Below are positions 50,602 through 64,000 of a DNA stretch of 64,000 nucleotides, in pieces. The DNA is from Octopus vulgaris. Taxonomy: Eukaryota. The stretch lies in the NCBI GenBank assembly GCA_951406725.2, contig OX597822.1, forward strand, positions 68,324,001 to 68,388,000, read 5' to 3'. The translations under genes were made by a program, and so were the position numbers. How positions within the stretch are numbered: the stretch's first letter is position 1; every line of letters starts with the position of its first letter. A model generated the notes under the pieces. The model did no database searches. It was not told where the DNA came from and was given only the letters and a program-made list of their open reading frames with translations.

Positions 50602-50691
50602 TCCCTGAAGACGGAGGCTCATCTCATCCTATATTGGAATTAATCTAAAACATTGTTTCGGACCACCAGGCCTCTAGAAACAGGTGTTGGA
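50602..50691 (+). ncRNA. PLE-type hammerhead motif with long stem II loop, decayed
   Basis: tcc-CTGAAGA-c-ggaggc...gcctct-a-GAAA-caggtg-TT-gga. Confidence 0.5.
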
Positions 50692-50822
50692 TTTGTAATA
50701 CTTTACTTCAACCTCTTTAATTTTCTCTATTATTTGTATTCTGTGTAAGTCAGACCTTTATGTATGTAAACATACATACATTTTTTGTATTTCATGTATT
50801 TAATATATTTTATATATTAGTT

Positions 50823-50874
<52 letters not shown>

Positions 50875-50900
50875 TATGGCTTGTTAAATATATATATATG

Positions 50901-50951
<51 letters not shown>

Positions 50952-50962
50952 ACAAGCCACCC

Positions 50963-51011
<49 letters not shown>

Positions 51012-51064
51012 ACATGGTATAAATAATGGTCATTAAATATTTTTCGTTTATTGCAGCAAATTTG

Positions 51065-51182
51065 TCTTACAGCTGTTTCCAGTAGCCATAACAGGTTCGT
51101 TACTGATAGGTTTCTCAATTGATCTATTGATAAGTTGAAAAATGTTGAGCGACCTAAGAAATTAATGCTACTTTCTTCAGAG
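51065..51182 (-). ncRNA. PLE-type hammerhead motif with long stem II loop
   Basis: Minus strand CTGAAGA-a-agtagc...gctact-g-GAAA-cagctg-TA; palindromic stem III acagctgt; stem I weak. Confidence 0.5.
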
Positions 51183-51195
51183 CTATTTCTGGTTC

Positions 51196-51289
<94 letters not shown>

Positions 51290-52559
51290 GAAAGTGAGAG
51301 AGAGACAGAGAGAGATTTATGTGACATGAACTACATGCCTCTGACTTATATTAATAACTCAGCTTTATTTCGAGATCCACTGGTATAAAATGGTGGCTAT
51401 AATTTAATTTTTCCGAAGCAGATGAACTTTTAAAATGGAGTGAACGTTATACATTGTGTGACTCGAACGCAAAACAGAGAACGGTCATTATTTTCAATGT
51501 AATTAGTTATAATTGCATCTCCTTTCCTTTTGAAAGAAAATTAAGAAAATGAATATATATTAGAACATTTGCAGTTTTAATTAGATTTTAAGAGAGATTG
51601 TTTAATGAGGAGAATAATTTCTTATTTGCATAATGAATGCGTGTGTATTAACCAATACATACGTGTGCGTGTATTCGTGTGTATGTGTGTGTGTGTGTGT
51701 TAGAATGTGTGGGGGTATTTTTTGTGTTTGTGTGCGAACATGCATGATTGTATGCACACATGTGCAGAGTGTGTGTGTGCGCGCTCGCATTGGTGTGTTT
51801 GTTTGAATTGATAGATAGATAGAGAGAGAGGGGGGAGAGAGAGAGAGAGTTTAGAAAAGAGTGTTTTTTAAGCATAAAATCAGCAAATTTTAATTGAAGA
51901 AAAAAGTCACTGCAAAAATAGTGCTTGATATTTTTAATCATTTTTTTTACAGTGACTTCGAAATTTCGTCAGGTGTATGCCCTATTGAAATCACATAATA
52001 TAAGGGCCAGTATTGAACTTAAGTAACATTCTATAGGCACAAGCCTAGCTGTGTGCATAATAAGTCCACTGGCCTTATTCTTCCGATCTCTTACTCTCCT
52101 TCTCTCACTAGCTTCTTGTCTTCTCTCTCTCTTTCTTTCTTTCTTCCTATCTACATTTCTGTCTTTCTTTATTCTTTCTCCTCCTCTCTCGCTCTCTCAC
52201 TCACACGCATTCTCTCCCCTCTCTCTCTCTCTCTCCCGCTCACACACACACTCTCTTTGCCTCTCTCTCTCCAGCTTTCTCTCCCCCTCTCTCTCTCACA
52301 AACACACACACTCTATCTCCCTCTCACACACTCACACACTCACGCAACACGCACACATTCTCTCTGCCTCTCTCTCTCCATCTTTCTCTCCCCCCCTCTC
52401 TCTCTCTCACACTCTGTCTCCCTCTCTCTCTCTCTCACACACACACACAGGCACACATTCTCTCTGCTTATTTCTCTCCCCCTCTCTCTCTCACACACAC
52501 ACATACACAGGCACACACTCTCTCTGCCTGTATGTATGTATGTATATGCTTCTGTGTTT

Positions 52560-52752
52560 ATCGTCCCTCCCCGCCCCAACATCGCTGTGTGTTTGCGTCC
52601 CCGTAATTTAGCGGTTCAGCAAAAGAGTCCGATAGAATAAGTACTAGGCGTACAAAGAATAAGTCCCGGGGTCGATTTGCTCGAATGAAGGCGGTGCTCC
52701 AGCGTGGCCGCAGTTAAGTGACCGAAACAAGTAAAAGAATAAAAGAATAAAA
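52560..52752 (+). mobile_element. SINE family A, 3' half
   Basis: Matches the family A tail. Confidence 0.85.
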
Positions 52753-52944
52753 GAACATGGAATCACACACACACACACACATTCATACACACATACGCAT
52801 GTGAGAGCAAACATACATATGCATAGATGCATAGTCTACCTACACCCATGAATATGCACGGACGCAAACGTGCGTGTGCAGAAAGCAAACAAATAAGAGC
52901 GCTATTTTATAAGTTCAATTTAGAATGTCAATAAATTATACGAT

Positions 52945-52988
<44 letters not shown>

Positions 52989-53202
52989 TGGCGATGATAA
53001 CGATGACACGAAGACCTTGAAAAACAGAAGAGATAGGCAGAAGAAAAGTTAGCAGAAAAAAGAAAAAAAAAACAATGAATGATTCTTAAATAAAGACGAC
53101 AAAATTAACCCTAGCAGGAACTGAACTCAGAACATAAAGATTCGCTTGACTACGTACAGAAAAGCTTTAAGGATTGTCAACACATATACATGCTCTCACA
53201 CA

Positions 53203-53298
<96 letters not shown>

Positions 53299-53340
53299 AC
53301 AGCAATGTCAAAAATCTTCATCGTACATCTACATGATCGT

Positions 53341-54052
53341 TCTTTTCTACTCTAGGCACAAGGTCCGAAATTTGAGAGGAGCGGCCAGTCGGTTAGATCG
53401 TAGCAGCAGACGAAATACCGCTAAGCATTTCGCCCGGCGTGCTAACGTTTCTCATTTCTTTATTGCCCGCAAGGGGCTAAACATAGAGGGGAAAATCAAG
53501 GACAAACAAAGGGATTAAGTCGATTACATCGACTCCAGTACGCAACTGGTACTTAATTTATCGATCCCGAAAGGATGAAAGGCAAAGTTGACATCAGCAG
53601 AATTTGAACTCAGAACGTAGCGGCAGACGAAATACCTATTTCTTTACTACCCACAAGGGGCTAAACACAGAGAGGACAAACAAGGGCAGATAAACGGATT
53701 AAGTCGATTACATCGACCTCAGTGCGTAACTGGTACTTATTTAATCGACCTCGAAAAGATGAAAGGCAAAGTCGACCACGGCGAAATTTGAACTCAGAAC
53801 GTAGCAGCAGACAAAATACCTATTTCTTTACTACCCACAAGGGGCTAAACGCAGAGGGGACAAACAAGGGTAGACAAATGGATTAAGTCGATTACATCGA
53901 CACCTGTGCGTAACTGGTACTTAATTTATCGACCCCGAAAGGATGAAAGACTAAGTCGACCTCGGCGGAATTTAAACTCAGAACGTAACGGTAGACGAAA
54001 TAACGCTGAGCATTTCGCCCGGAGTGCTAACGTTTCTGCCAGCTCGCCGCTT
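53341..54052 (-). mobile_element. SINE family B tetramer (three tail-1 units, terminal deleted tail-2 unit)
   Basis: Tail-1 starts at about 53455, 53637 and 53821; tail-2 at 53341. Confidence 0.9.
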
Positions 54053-54092
54053 TAATCTGATCATTGACAGTTTCACGAGATCTTAGAGACGT

Positions 54093-54640
54093 CGAGCTGG
54101 CAGAAACGTTAGGTCGAGGTCGACCTTTCCTTTCATCTTTTCGGTAAATTAAGTACCAGTTGTGTACTGGGGTCGATCTGATCGACTGGCCCCCCTCCCC
54201 CAAAATTTCGTGCCTTGTGCCTAGAGTAGAAAAGAATTTCACGAGATTTCAAATGCCACTCCCTAATATACAAAGTATTGGTCACAAATTTTTAGACAAA
54301 GGCTGCAACTTTATGGAAAAAGGTAAAACGATCACATCGACTCCAGTACACAACTGGTAATTATTTTATCGACCCCCGAAAGAATGAAAAGGAAAAGTCG
54401 CCCCCGGTGGTATTTAAACTCAGAGCATAAAGACGGAACTATGTCCCTATGCATTTTGTCCGGTGCGGTAGTGATTCAGCCAACTTGCCACCTTGATATA
54501 TACAAAATGTCCCATTCTACTATTGACACAAAGCCTGAAATTTGGGTAGGGGAGTAGCTTGTTGGTTACATTGACCCCAGTGCTCAACTGGTACTTATTC
54601 TATCGATCCCGAGAGAATGGCAGGCAAAGTCGACCTCAGC
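54093..54640. mobile_element. Further SINE B copies (+ 54093-54237, - 54270-54493, - 54515-54640)
   Basis: Body and tail-2 motifs. Confidence 0.8.
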
Positions 54641-54877
54641 TGAATGAAATATGCACAATGTTGAGATATAAAACAGATGGATATATAACGATGTACTTGT
54701 GATATTTATATACGCGTATGTATGATTGTATGTGTATGTGTATGTATGTATGCATGTATGTGCGTATATATATATATATATATATATGCATGTATGTACA
54801 TGTATGTATTAATACGTATGCGTGCGTATATGTTTGTGTATCGATGTATATATGCACGCACACACACATACACTCAC

Positions 54878-54952
<75 letters not shown>

Positions 54953-55196
54953 ACACTTGAATGATGAAATTCGTAGGTAGAACTGTAAGTACAACTATTA
55001 TTACGACAAACAACAGTTCATTGTAAAAGTGCTTTACCTTTGATGTAAAATCTCACATCACATGACTTCAATATGGCTACCGGCTTACGAAAATGAAAAA
55101 TAGAAACAAACAACCAAAATAGATATATAGAAAATAACTGGAAAATAAAAAATATTATTTTCAAAAGTAATCAATACTTCATATATATATACACAC

Positions 55197-55265
<69 letters not shown>

Positions 55266-55288
55266 CGTACGTATGTTTGTAAGTGTGC

Positions 55289-55321
<33 letters not shown>

Positions 55322-55477
55322 GGTGTGTCATGTCTCTGTGTGCGTTTATGTATGTATGTATGTATGTATGTATGTATGTATGTATGTATGCATGTATGTA
55401 TGTAGCTATGTACGTATGCATTCATGTATGAATGTATGTAACGTATGTACTATGTTCATATCATGTATATATTTATA

Positions 55478-55517
<40 letters not shown>

Positions 55518-55561
55518 CGTGTATGTATGCATGTATATACATACACACAAACACATATACT

Positions 55562-55623
<62 letters not shown>

Positions 55624-55892
55624 TACATATACATATATATATACATACACACACACACACGTAGAATTCGAAAAAGGTAATAAAATAACAAACCACACAC
55701 AAATACATCAAAACCGTATAGAAATGAAAGTAATTTTATTGAAAATATAATTTCCGGTGGTGAAATCGATGGAAAAAGTACGAAAAAACATTCAAGTAGA
55801 TTGTTGTGTTGTTGATGAGAGAGATAGAGCGAGCCTTTGCTGGTCGTTGCCTGTTTGATTATTGGGTTGGATTTGGTTGATGACGGGGTTGC

Positions 55893-55961
<69 letters not shown>

Positions 55962-56212
55962 CGTCGTTGCTGTTGAAGGAAGGAAAGCGGGGGGTGCGGG
56001 ATGGGGCGAAGGTCGTAGTGCTGTTTGTTGTTGTTGTTGTTGTTGTTGTGGTGCTGGTAATGGTGGTTGTTGTGGTGCTTGTAGTGGAAGCGATTGAAAT
56101 ACTAGTTACTGTTGTTGCTGTTGTTATTGTTGTTGTTGTGGTGGTAGTGGTTGTGATGGTGGTGGTGCTGGTGCTGGTGCTGGTGCTGCTGCTGCTGTTG
56201 CTGGTAGTAACT

Positions 56213-56244
<32 letters not shown>

Positions 56245-56516
56245 GGTCCTGGTTGTGTTTGTGGGGGTTGGCTGGATGCTATTGTAGATTCCGGAAGTAG
56301 TGGTCGTGACAGTGTTGGTGATGTTGTTGTTGTTATTGCTGTTGTTGTAGGTGGTGGAGGTGGTGGTGGTGGTGGTTGTGGTGGTAGTGGTAGTGATGGT
56401 AGTAGTGGTGGTGGTGGTGGTGGTGGTGGTGGTGGTCCTGGTTGTGTTTGTGGAGTTGGCTGGATGCTATTATAGTGTCGGTAGTAGTGGTCGTGGCAGT
56501 GGTGGTGATGTTGTTG

Positions 56517-56554
<38 letters not shown>

Positions 56555-56989
56555 GGTGGTGGCGGCGGCGGCGGCGGCGGTGGTGATCGTCGTGGTGGTG
56601 GTCGTCGTCCAGTTGATAGTGATGCTGCTAGTAATGGTGGTGAAAATGGTGATGTCGAAGGTGGCACTGGTGTTGGTGCTGGCTGTAGTCGAAACCATGA
56701 TTTTGCTATTTAATCTTACTCTCGACTCTAACTCTATGAAATATCACCATGAACATCACTATAATAGCCACTCCCACTATCACCACTACCACCAACCTCA
56801 ACATCACCACCGCTACCATGACTCACTTCTTTAATAAAGATGAGTGAAAATATTTGAGCAGATCGTTCAGCATCTACTAAACACACATATGATGGAGTCC
56901 CTTCATATCTCTGTATCACATACGAGTGATCCTACATCGCTTTCACTATTTAGATTCTTAACAAACATTCCACTGCTACCATCACCGGA

Positions 56990-57350
56990 TTTGTTGGATC
57001 CAGGACTCACTCGATGCTGAGGAGGCTTGGGATGGCTGCGAAGGAGAGAAAAGATGTTGCTAGAAAACTGTAAAAAAAAAAAAACCCCCGCTGAGAAAGT
57101 AAGTCATTACATTTGGTCCAAGAAAGAGCGCTGACGTTGGTAGAAACATCTGGCCAAGAGTCACGACATCTGACTCGCCAAAACGCATGCTGTTGTGCGT
57201 AAGTTTGTCGTCTACATAGGTGCTGACCCCGGACAGCCTTGGTGTTGAGGTAGAAGGGAGCCGAAACATTACAGAGCTGCTTCCCCACATGATGAGACAT
57301 CCATCTCTTGCATTCGGAGACAGAGTACAGAAGTGCCCTTAACAAATGTT
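56990..57350 (+). mobile_element. 3' end of an RLE LINE, HERO/NeSL-like
   Basis: FVGSRTHSMLRRLGMAAKERKDVARKL...AEKVSHYIWSKKER* parallels the recalled HERO C-terminus GF.G.S...L..LG...AE..S.W.W; the GC-richer sequence after it is a putative 3' UTR. Confidence 0.6.
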
Positions 57351-57659
57351 TTTGAGATTCCCTACTGAATATCGCTTTCATTACCTACACCCTTTCCAAC
57401 TGCTATCACTGCAACTGTAACCGCCAATATTACCACCGACACCTTCATCCGTATCCATCTCCTACCACCAACACCCTCGTCCCTTCTCCCATTACAACTA
57501 ATTCCATCAATGACAATATCAGTTCCACTGCAGCCACTGACATGTATCATACCCTCTTTCAATTCACTATCACCTCCATCACCATCACCATCAAGACTAA
57601 GACCACGTGCATATGTGAAAGCGCATGGCTCAGTGGTTAGGGATCGAGCTTACAATCGT

Positions 57660-58470
57660 TTCACTGAATATCTTTCCTGCCTTTGTTTTAGGGAGTAGAG
57701 TCTTAACTTTTTTCAGCCTTTCCACGATCTTCTTTCTGTAGCTTCGCTGGATTGCTTCGTGTTTCGCCGTTAATTTTATACTGTCTGATAACCATAGCTG
57801 GGAGCTGTAGTCTAAGTGGCTGAGGACATATGTCCTCCAGAGGACTATCCTGGTTTTCTGTTCTCTCGCACTGAACGTTCGGAGGATCTCTCCGGCCAGC
57901 CGTTTGCATTTTATTGACAACTTAGTAATATGCACATGGAAAGATGCATTCAGGGATTGCTAGTCCTTCTGGGTCAGAATATCCTGTCTACATTTCATTC
58001 AGCTTCATGTGCTGTTTGGTAGGGCATGGAACATTCCAGCATTAAATGCATGTTATTGTCCTCAATCCACCATATATTGCGTCAAACTCCTGTTGCATGT
58101 GCGCAACATCTCAAGGGTTCTGTATCTTCTGAGAGACAGTTTTATTATCTGCATAATTAGCAATATGTCTATCTGAGCAGCTGAGTGAATGTCTGAGACG
58201 GTGACTATGTGTTGTGCGGAAGTAGAACATCCCTATTGGTTGGATCCTAATGGACTGTGCCACAATATAAATGGACATACGCAGAGAGCCTTCAGAGTAG
58301 TGTAAAGTCGAGAGTTGCGTATTGTCGAGGGTTATTACCAGTATCTTGAGTAGAACGATTTGCGAGAACATTATTATTATCCCGTTATATCGTACGTCGC
58401 ACGTGCGATACAACTCTACGAATAGCAGTGGCCCCAAAATAGTGCACTGTAGGACACCACTCATTATTTA
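57660..58470 (-). pseudogene. CR1-group LINE reverse transcriptase fragment
   Basis: SGVLQCTILGPLLF (SGVPQG..LGPLLF), NYADNK (YADD), LRTFSARE...LWRTYVLSHLDYSSQLW...EAIQRS...ERLKK. Confidence 0.85.
58201..58414 (+). mobile_element. Insertion in the CR1 RT, possibly a solo LTR
   Basis: Separates motifs that are normally about 15 aa apart; tgttg near the start, caac at the end, tataaa at about 58266; no clear TSD. Confidence 0.35.
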
Positions 58471-58789
58471 CGTTTCCTTGGAGGAAACTCCGTTGGCTGC
58501 AGCTACCTGGTTTCTATCTTCTTGTAATTATATGCCCTCTCTAGTCCAGTGGTTAAATGTTAACGAATTGACTAATGATAATAGCAGAAATAAATTAGAA
58601 TCAGTGCGTGTGTTTATTACTGGTCTAATGACCCTCAACAGAAAGAAAAATGTTTCAGCGCACGAGTTCGCATCGAGGATCTTACACACTAAATACAAAA
58701 GCGAACTATAACAATTTTTAAAATATAAAAAAATTAAAAAGTATTGTACAGACCCATCATCCTTTTATGCACAGCATCAAAAATCATAG

Positions 58790-58975
58790 GAAGGCCAATC
58801 GTTGGCATCATTAATGTCCCAATAACCGTAGGTAATGTTGTTTTGATATGCCACATTCTTCCTATTTTACTTTCCAGATCCATATATTTACTCAGTTTTT
58901 CAAATGTTTTCAGGGATTTTGTTGTTGTTTTTTTTCTCTGCTGGGGCTTCAACGTCAATCAGAAGACGTCTTTTC
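58790..58975 (-). mobile_element. R4/Dong-type restriction-like endonuclease fragment
   Basis: LLIDVEAPAE then KTFEKLSKYMDLESKIGRMWHIKTTLPTVIGTL, matching the RLE motif ID..P...K..EK..KY.DL...I.RMW....P.V.G.LG. Confidence 0.75.
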
Positions 58976-58999
58976 AATATAATTTTTCACAATTAGATT

Positions 59000-59250
59000 C
59001 AGATTCCGCCGAGGTCGACTTTGCCTTTCATCCTTTCGGAGTTGATAAATTAAGTACCAGCTACGCACTGGGTGGATGTAATCGGCTTAATCTCTTTGTC
59101 TGTCCTTGTTTGTCTCTTCTATGTTTAACCCCTTGTGGACAATAAAGAAATATAGATATTTAGCTAAAGGCAGTTACGTACTGGGTGTCGATCTAATCGA
59201 CTGGCCCCGCTCTCCAAAAATTTCGGGCCTTGTGCCTAGAGTAGAAAAGG
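59000..59250 (+). mobile_element. SINE family B partial dimer (tail-1 then tail-2)
   Basis: Body plus both tails. Confidence 0.8.
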
Positions 59251-59289
59251 ATATAGTAGGGGTGTGATTTCAGGGAGAACTAGCAGGTT

Positions 59290-59342
59290 GAGTGACGACG
59301 ATGATGATGTTGATGATGATGATGATGATGATGATAATGATA

Positions 59343-59414
<72 letters not shown>

Positions 59415-59651
59415 GCGTCGACGACGACGATGACAAAGCTGATAACGACTACGTCCTTAATGACAACGATGATGACAACGAAGACGACGAGGTGGAAGAA
59501 GAAGAAGAAGAAGAAGAAGAAGAAGAAGAAGAAGAAGAAGAAGAAGAAGAAGAAGAAGAAGAAGAAGAAGAAGAAGAAGAAGAAGAAGAAGAAGAAGAAG
59601 AAGAAGAAGAAGAAGAAGAAGAAGAAGAAGAAGAAGAAGAAGAAGAAGAAG
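59290..59651. repeat. (GAT)n and pure (GAA)n tracts
   Basis: Direct reading. Confidence 0.95.
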
Positions 59652-60279
59652 CAGTAGCGGCGGCAGTTGCTGACAGCGCATGTTGCTGTCTGTGTGTTAT
59701 AGCGAATGAACTAAATAAAATACAATGAAATCGAAAGACAGCGTTGACCTGTGGAAGCCATCTTGGAATATGTCAATAGAAAACAAAGAAACCGTTTGTG
59801 ATTAGATCAGTAAGAGACATGCATTAATTTATTGATTAGAAGAGGATAAACCGACTTTAGCGGAAATCTTTTCATACAAAATTGTTTTGTTTTCTTTTGA
59901 AGACGGTGAAGAAATCCTTTGGAATTATATAACTGTCGATATTCTCTCTGTGAAATAGTGTGTGTGATGTGTGTAGCTGTGTGTGTGTGTGTGTATCTGT
60001 ATATGTATATTTGTATATATGTGTGGACGTGTGTGTGTGTGTGTGCATATGTATGTATCTGTGTGTGTGTGTGTGTGTATATGTGTGCGTGGACGTGTGT
60101 GTGTGTGTGTGTGTGTGCAAGTATGCTCTTCTGACTTTATTTTTCAAATTTTTCATCAGTATAGAGCAAGAATCGGTTTCTAACCCAGAAACAAGGCTTT
60201 CTCATCGGATTTTACACATGAACTAAATACACATATAAGAGTGTGTGTGTGTGTGTGTATGTGTGTGGTGAGAATTTAC

Positions 60280-60450
60280 AAAAAAAAAAAACAAAAGACG
60301 AAGACGGTTGAGTAAATAACTAACAGATGTATTAGTTTAATGCTCGGGAAGTGAGAAAATCTTTTACGTTTCGAGCCTACGCTCTTCGACAGAAAGGAAC
60401 ACAGAAATAAACAGGGAGAGAAAACAGAAAAAGGTTTAGTGGCTAGTGAA
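60280..60450 (-). mobile_element. PLE pseudo-LTR fragment, same family as 2033-2200
   Basis: Minus strand 60364-60392 reads CTGTCGA-a-gagc gtag gctc-GAAA-cgta. Confidence 0.55.
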
Positions 60451-60482
60451 ATCTGGAAGGTATGTGTGTCTGTGGATGTATG

Positions 60483-60875
60483 TATGTCATTGTTCAGTTT
60501 TATTTCAAGAGTTCTTGCCAATAGAGAAAGAGCCGGTTTCTAACCTACACCAAAGGCTCCTTCATTGGAATTTCGACATCGACAACAGGGTATTTTTTGT
60601 ATTGTATGTATGTATGTATGTATGTATGTATGTATGTATGTATGTATGTATGTATGTATGTATGTATGTATGTATGTATGTATACGTGCAGATTTGTCTG
60701 TTTTGTTTTTATGTATGTATTCTCATGCATATAGTTGCATATCTAGACATGCTCATATATATTTAAAAGATAAAATTCTGGAAAGTTTTACGGATTTTCA
60801 CAGTTCCAGTGATGGATTGGATCTCTAGTCTTCGAATTAGCTTTCTCCTTTCCGATTTTGAGAAGCCTAATTCGT
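60483..60875 (-). mobile_element. RLE-type LINE 3' end (C-terminus plus 3' UTR) in (ATGT)n
   Basis: [36 protein letters not shown], then UTR with aataaa and ACAT repeats; another UTR copy at about 60140-60222. Confidence 0.6.
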
Positions 60876-60920
60876 ATGTATGGATGGATGGATGGATGGA
60901 TGGATGGATGGAGAAGCCTA

Positions 60921-60955
<35 letters not shown>

Positions 60956-61671
60956 TGTATGTATGTATGTATGTATGTATGTATGTATGTATGTATGTAT
61001 GTATGTATGTATGTATCTGTAATTTCGTTGATGCATATATCTATATATCTATAATATGTTATGTATATGCGAATCCTTTCGTATATGCGTTCGAGCCTGT
61101 ATCGGTGTGTCTGATTGTGCATGTAATTCTGAGTGTGATGGCCTACGTTTATGTGTATGTATGTGTGAATATGTGTTTGTGTGCGCGTGTGTTAATCCTT
61201 CTGTGAGTCTGTATGCGTGTGTGGGTGTATTAACGTGTGATTTTGTGTGTCGTTCCTTGTGTGTGTAATGTGTGCGTTTTGAATACATCGTTATTTTTCC
61301 TGGCAACACAAACGATCAAAGTTTAACTAAGGCAAAGCGGTCGATAGCGAAGGGGTGGGGGAGAATGAGGTGGTGGGGGTAGCGATGTAGAACGAGAAGG
61401 ATTTTTGGTCGATGCTGAGTGGATGGAATCGAGACAGTATTTCGAAGAATTGGAACAATCGCAGTGGAATCTTCAACAGAGATTTGCTGACATAAACGTA
61501 TCTTTCAGTGGAGTTTTAAAAAGTTTCACAGACACAAAGAAAATAGGTCTTTGCAGAGTCTAACGGTATGACATTTAAAGACGCATACACACACACACAG
61601 TTGTATGCACACACACGCTCACATGCACACACGACAAAGGCAAACACACATGCTCACACACTAACACAATC

Positions 61672-61739
<68 letters not shown>

Positions 61740-61779
61740 GTATATATATATATATATATATATACATATATATATGTGT

Positions 61780-61847
<68 letters not shown>

Positions 61848-62250
61848 TATATGTATATTATATATGTATATATGCATTTATATATACACACATATGTATA
61901 CACACACACACACACGTATGCGCGAGCCCAATCAACAAATGAATCCTCAAAAAATCACACAGAATTTCACACAAGAATACACTCAATCACATTACGCCTG
62001 TACACGGCACATACACATACACACACGCACGCACGCACGCACGCACGCACACATACACACACACACACGATTGCAATAACACGTACACACATTCCTATAG
62101 ACATAATCACACGCAATCCCATGGCACATGCACACAAATTCATTTAATCTTAATCTTAATCTCACACACATGTATAGTCGTACACACTCTCACAATCACA
62201 CACAAAGAATCTAATACACATACTACCATAAATACACACAAAATTATACA

Positions 62251-62327
<77 letters not shown>

Positions 62328-62548
62328 TACATACATACATACATATATACATACATACATACATACATACATATACACATACATACATCGTCAGATTCAC
62401 ACATACACGTGCGCACACATACACACGCATACGATCACTGACACACACATGCACACGCATCTACGCACGCAAATACGCGCGCAACGTAGCGAGTTTGTAG
62501 CAAGCTTCAATAGTTTCTAGCAGCAGCAGCAGCAGCAGCAGTAGCAGC

Positions 62549-62630
<82 letters not shown>

Positions 62631-62641
62631 GTAGTAGTAGT

Positions 62642-62714
<73 letters not shown>

Positions 62715-62821
62715 ATTGTAGTTGTTGTTCACAGAAAACAAGTACAGAAAAGAGGAAAAAAGAGTGAATATCTGAGTTTAAATGAGAAACTCTGTACAAA
62801 ATGTTATTCTAATTACTAAAC

Positions 62822-63009
62822 TCCTTCGCTTGCTTCAGTCATTTGATTGCGGCCATGCTGGAGCACTGCCATTTAGTCGAGCAAATTGACCCCAGGACTT
62901 ATTCTGTAAGCCTAGTACTTATTTTATCGGTCTCTTTTGCCGAACCGCTAAGTTACGGGGACGTTGTCAAGCGATGTTTGGAGGACAAAGACAGACACGC
63001 AAACACACA

Positions 63010-63070
<61 letters not shown>

Positions 63071-63240
63071 CATATATACGACGGGCTTCTTTAGGTTTCC
63101 GTCTACCAAATCCACTCACAAGGCTTTGTTCGGCCCGAGACTATAGTAGAAGGCACCTGCCCGAGATGCCACGCAGTGGAACTGAACCCGGAACCCTGTG
63201 GTTGATAAGCAAGTTACTTAACACACAGCCACTCCTGTGC
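62822..63240 (-). mobile_element. SINE family A
   Basis: Reverse complement of family A. Confidence 0.9.
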
Positions 63241-63289
63241 CTTTTGGAATAGTTTGAATATTGAATCTTTTATAGCTTGCTTTTCTCAC

Positions 63290-63323
<34 letters not shown>

Positions 63324-63595
63324 GCTTTTATCATTGTTGTTGTTATAGTTGTTGCTTTTGTCGCTGTTCTCTTTGATGCCTTCATTGTCTTATGGATGAT
63401 AATGTAATTATTATCGACGTTATTGCTGCTGGTGGCGAACTGGCAGAGCCGTTAACGCACCGGACATTGGTACTTATTCTATCGTTACATTTTGCCGAAC
63501 CGCTACGTTACAGAGACGTAAACTCACCCACATCGGTTGTCAAGCGATGGTTTATAACAAAACATATGCAAACACACATGCACACACACACACAC

Positions 63596-63691
<96 letters not shown>

Positions 63692-63702
63692 TTACATTTT
63701 GT

Positions 63703-64000
63703 GAAGGCGCATGGCTCAGTGGTTAGAGCGTCGAGCTTACGATCGTGAGGTTGTGAGCTCGAATCCCGGACCGGGCTGCGTGTTGTGTTCTTGAGCAAGG
63801 CACTTTATTTCACGTTGTTCCAGTTCACTCAGCTGTAGAAATGAGTTGCGACATCACTGGTGCCAAGCTGTATCGACCTTTGTCTTTCCCTTGGATAACA
63901 CTGGTGGCGTGGAGAGGGGAGGCTGGTATGCATGGGCGACTGCTGGTCTTCCATAAACAACCTTGCCCGGACTTGTGACTAGGAGGGTAACTTTCTAGGT
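63703..64000 (+). mobile_element. SINE family C, runs off the window
   Basis: tRNA-like head ggcgcatggctcagtggttagagcg...gagctcgaatccc, then ttgtgttcttgagcaaggcacttta; follows (AT)n. Confidence 0.9.

Noticed and set aside
53341-54052. CRISPR-like or satellite array
   Set aside because: Units are about 184-bp SINE bodies with no unique spacers; eukaryotic context and no cas genes.
56230-56530. About 100-bp direct duplication within (GGT/GTT)n
   Set aside because: Local slippage or unequal exchange in low-complexity DNA with no sign of function.
63703-63780. tRNA gene
   Set aside because: A and B boxes are present but it continues into a SINE body found in several copies; it is a tRNA-derived SINE head, as are the family A and B heads.

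Overview
Eukaryotic, gene-poor, extremely microsatellite-rich DNA. The SINE families and repeat landscape look like an octopus (coleoid cephalopod) intron or intergenic region; this taxon call is an inference from repeat recognition. I find no intact host gene. Almost all ORFs in the track are read-throughs of (AT)n, (AC)n, (ATGT)n or triplet tracts. The window holds three tRNA-headed SINE families in dozens of copies. It also holds decayed RTE, CR1, Tx1/L1, HERO-like and R4/Dong-like LINEs, a deleted mariner, a Chapaev3-like transposase relic, a Helitron and a Helentron-type non-autonomous element. Penelope-like element (PLE) debris is abundant, including an RT fragment and several minimal hammerhead ribozyme motifs in fold-back pseudo-LTRs. 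Best leads: (1) a near-identical, highly structured 360-bp tandem array with a fold-back inversion (10343-11698) sitting in (AT)n next to a PLE RT, retrozyme-like but with no recognisable ribozyme; (2) a SINE tail shared with a Tx1/L1 3' end, where the SINE builds multimers apparently by inserting into its own head and leaves long target duplications; (3) an RLE LINE repeatedly embedded in (ATGT)n; (4) unique islands rich in YY1/Pho motifs split apart by microsatellites.
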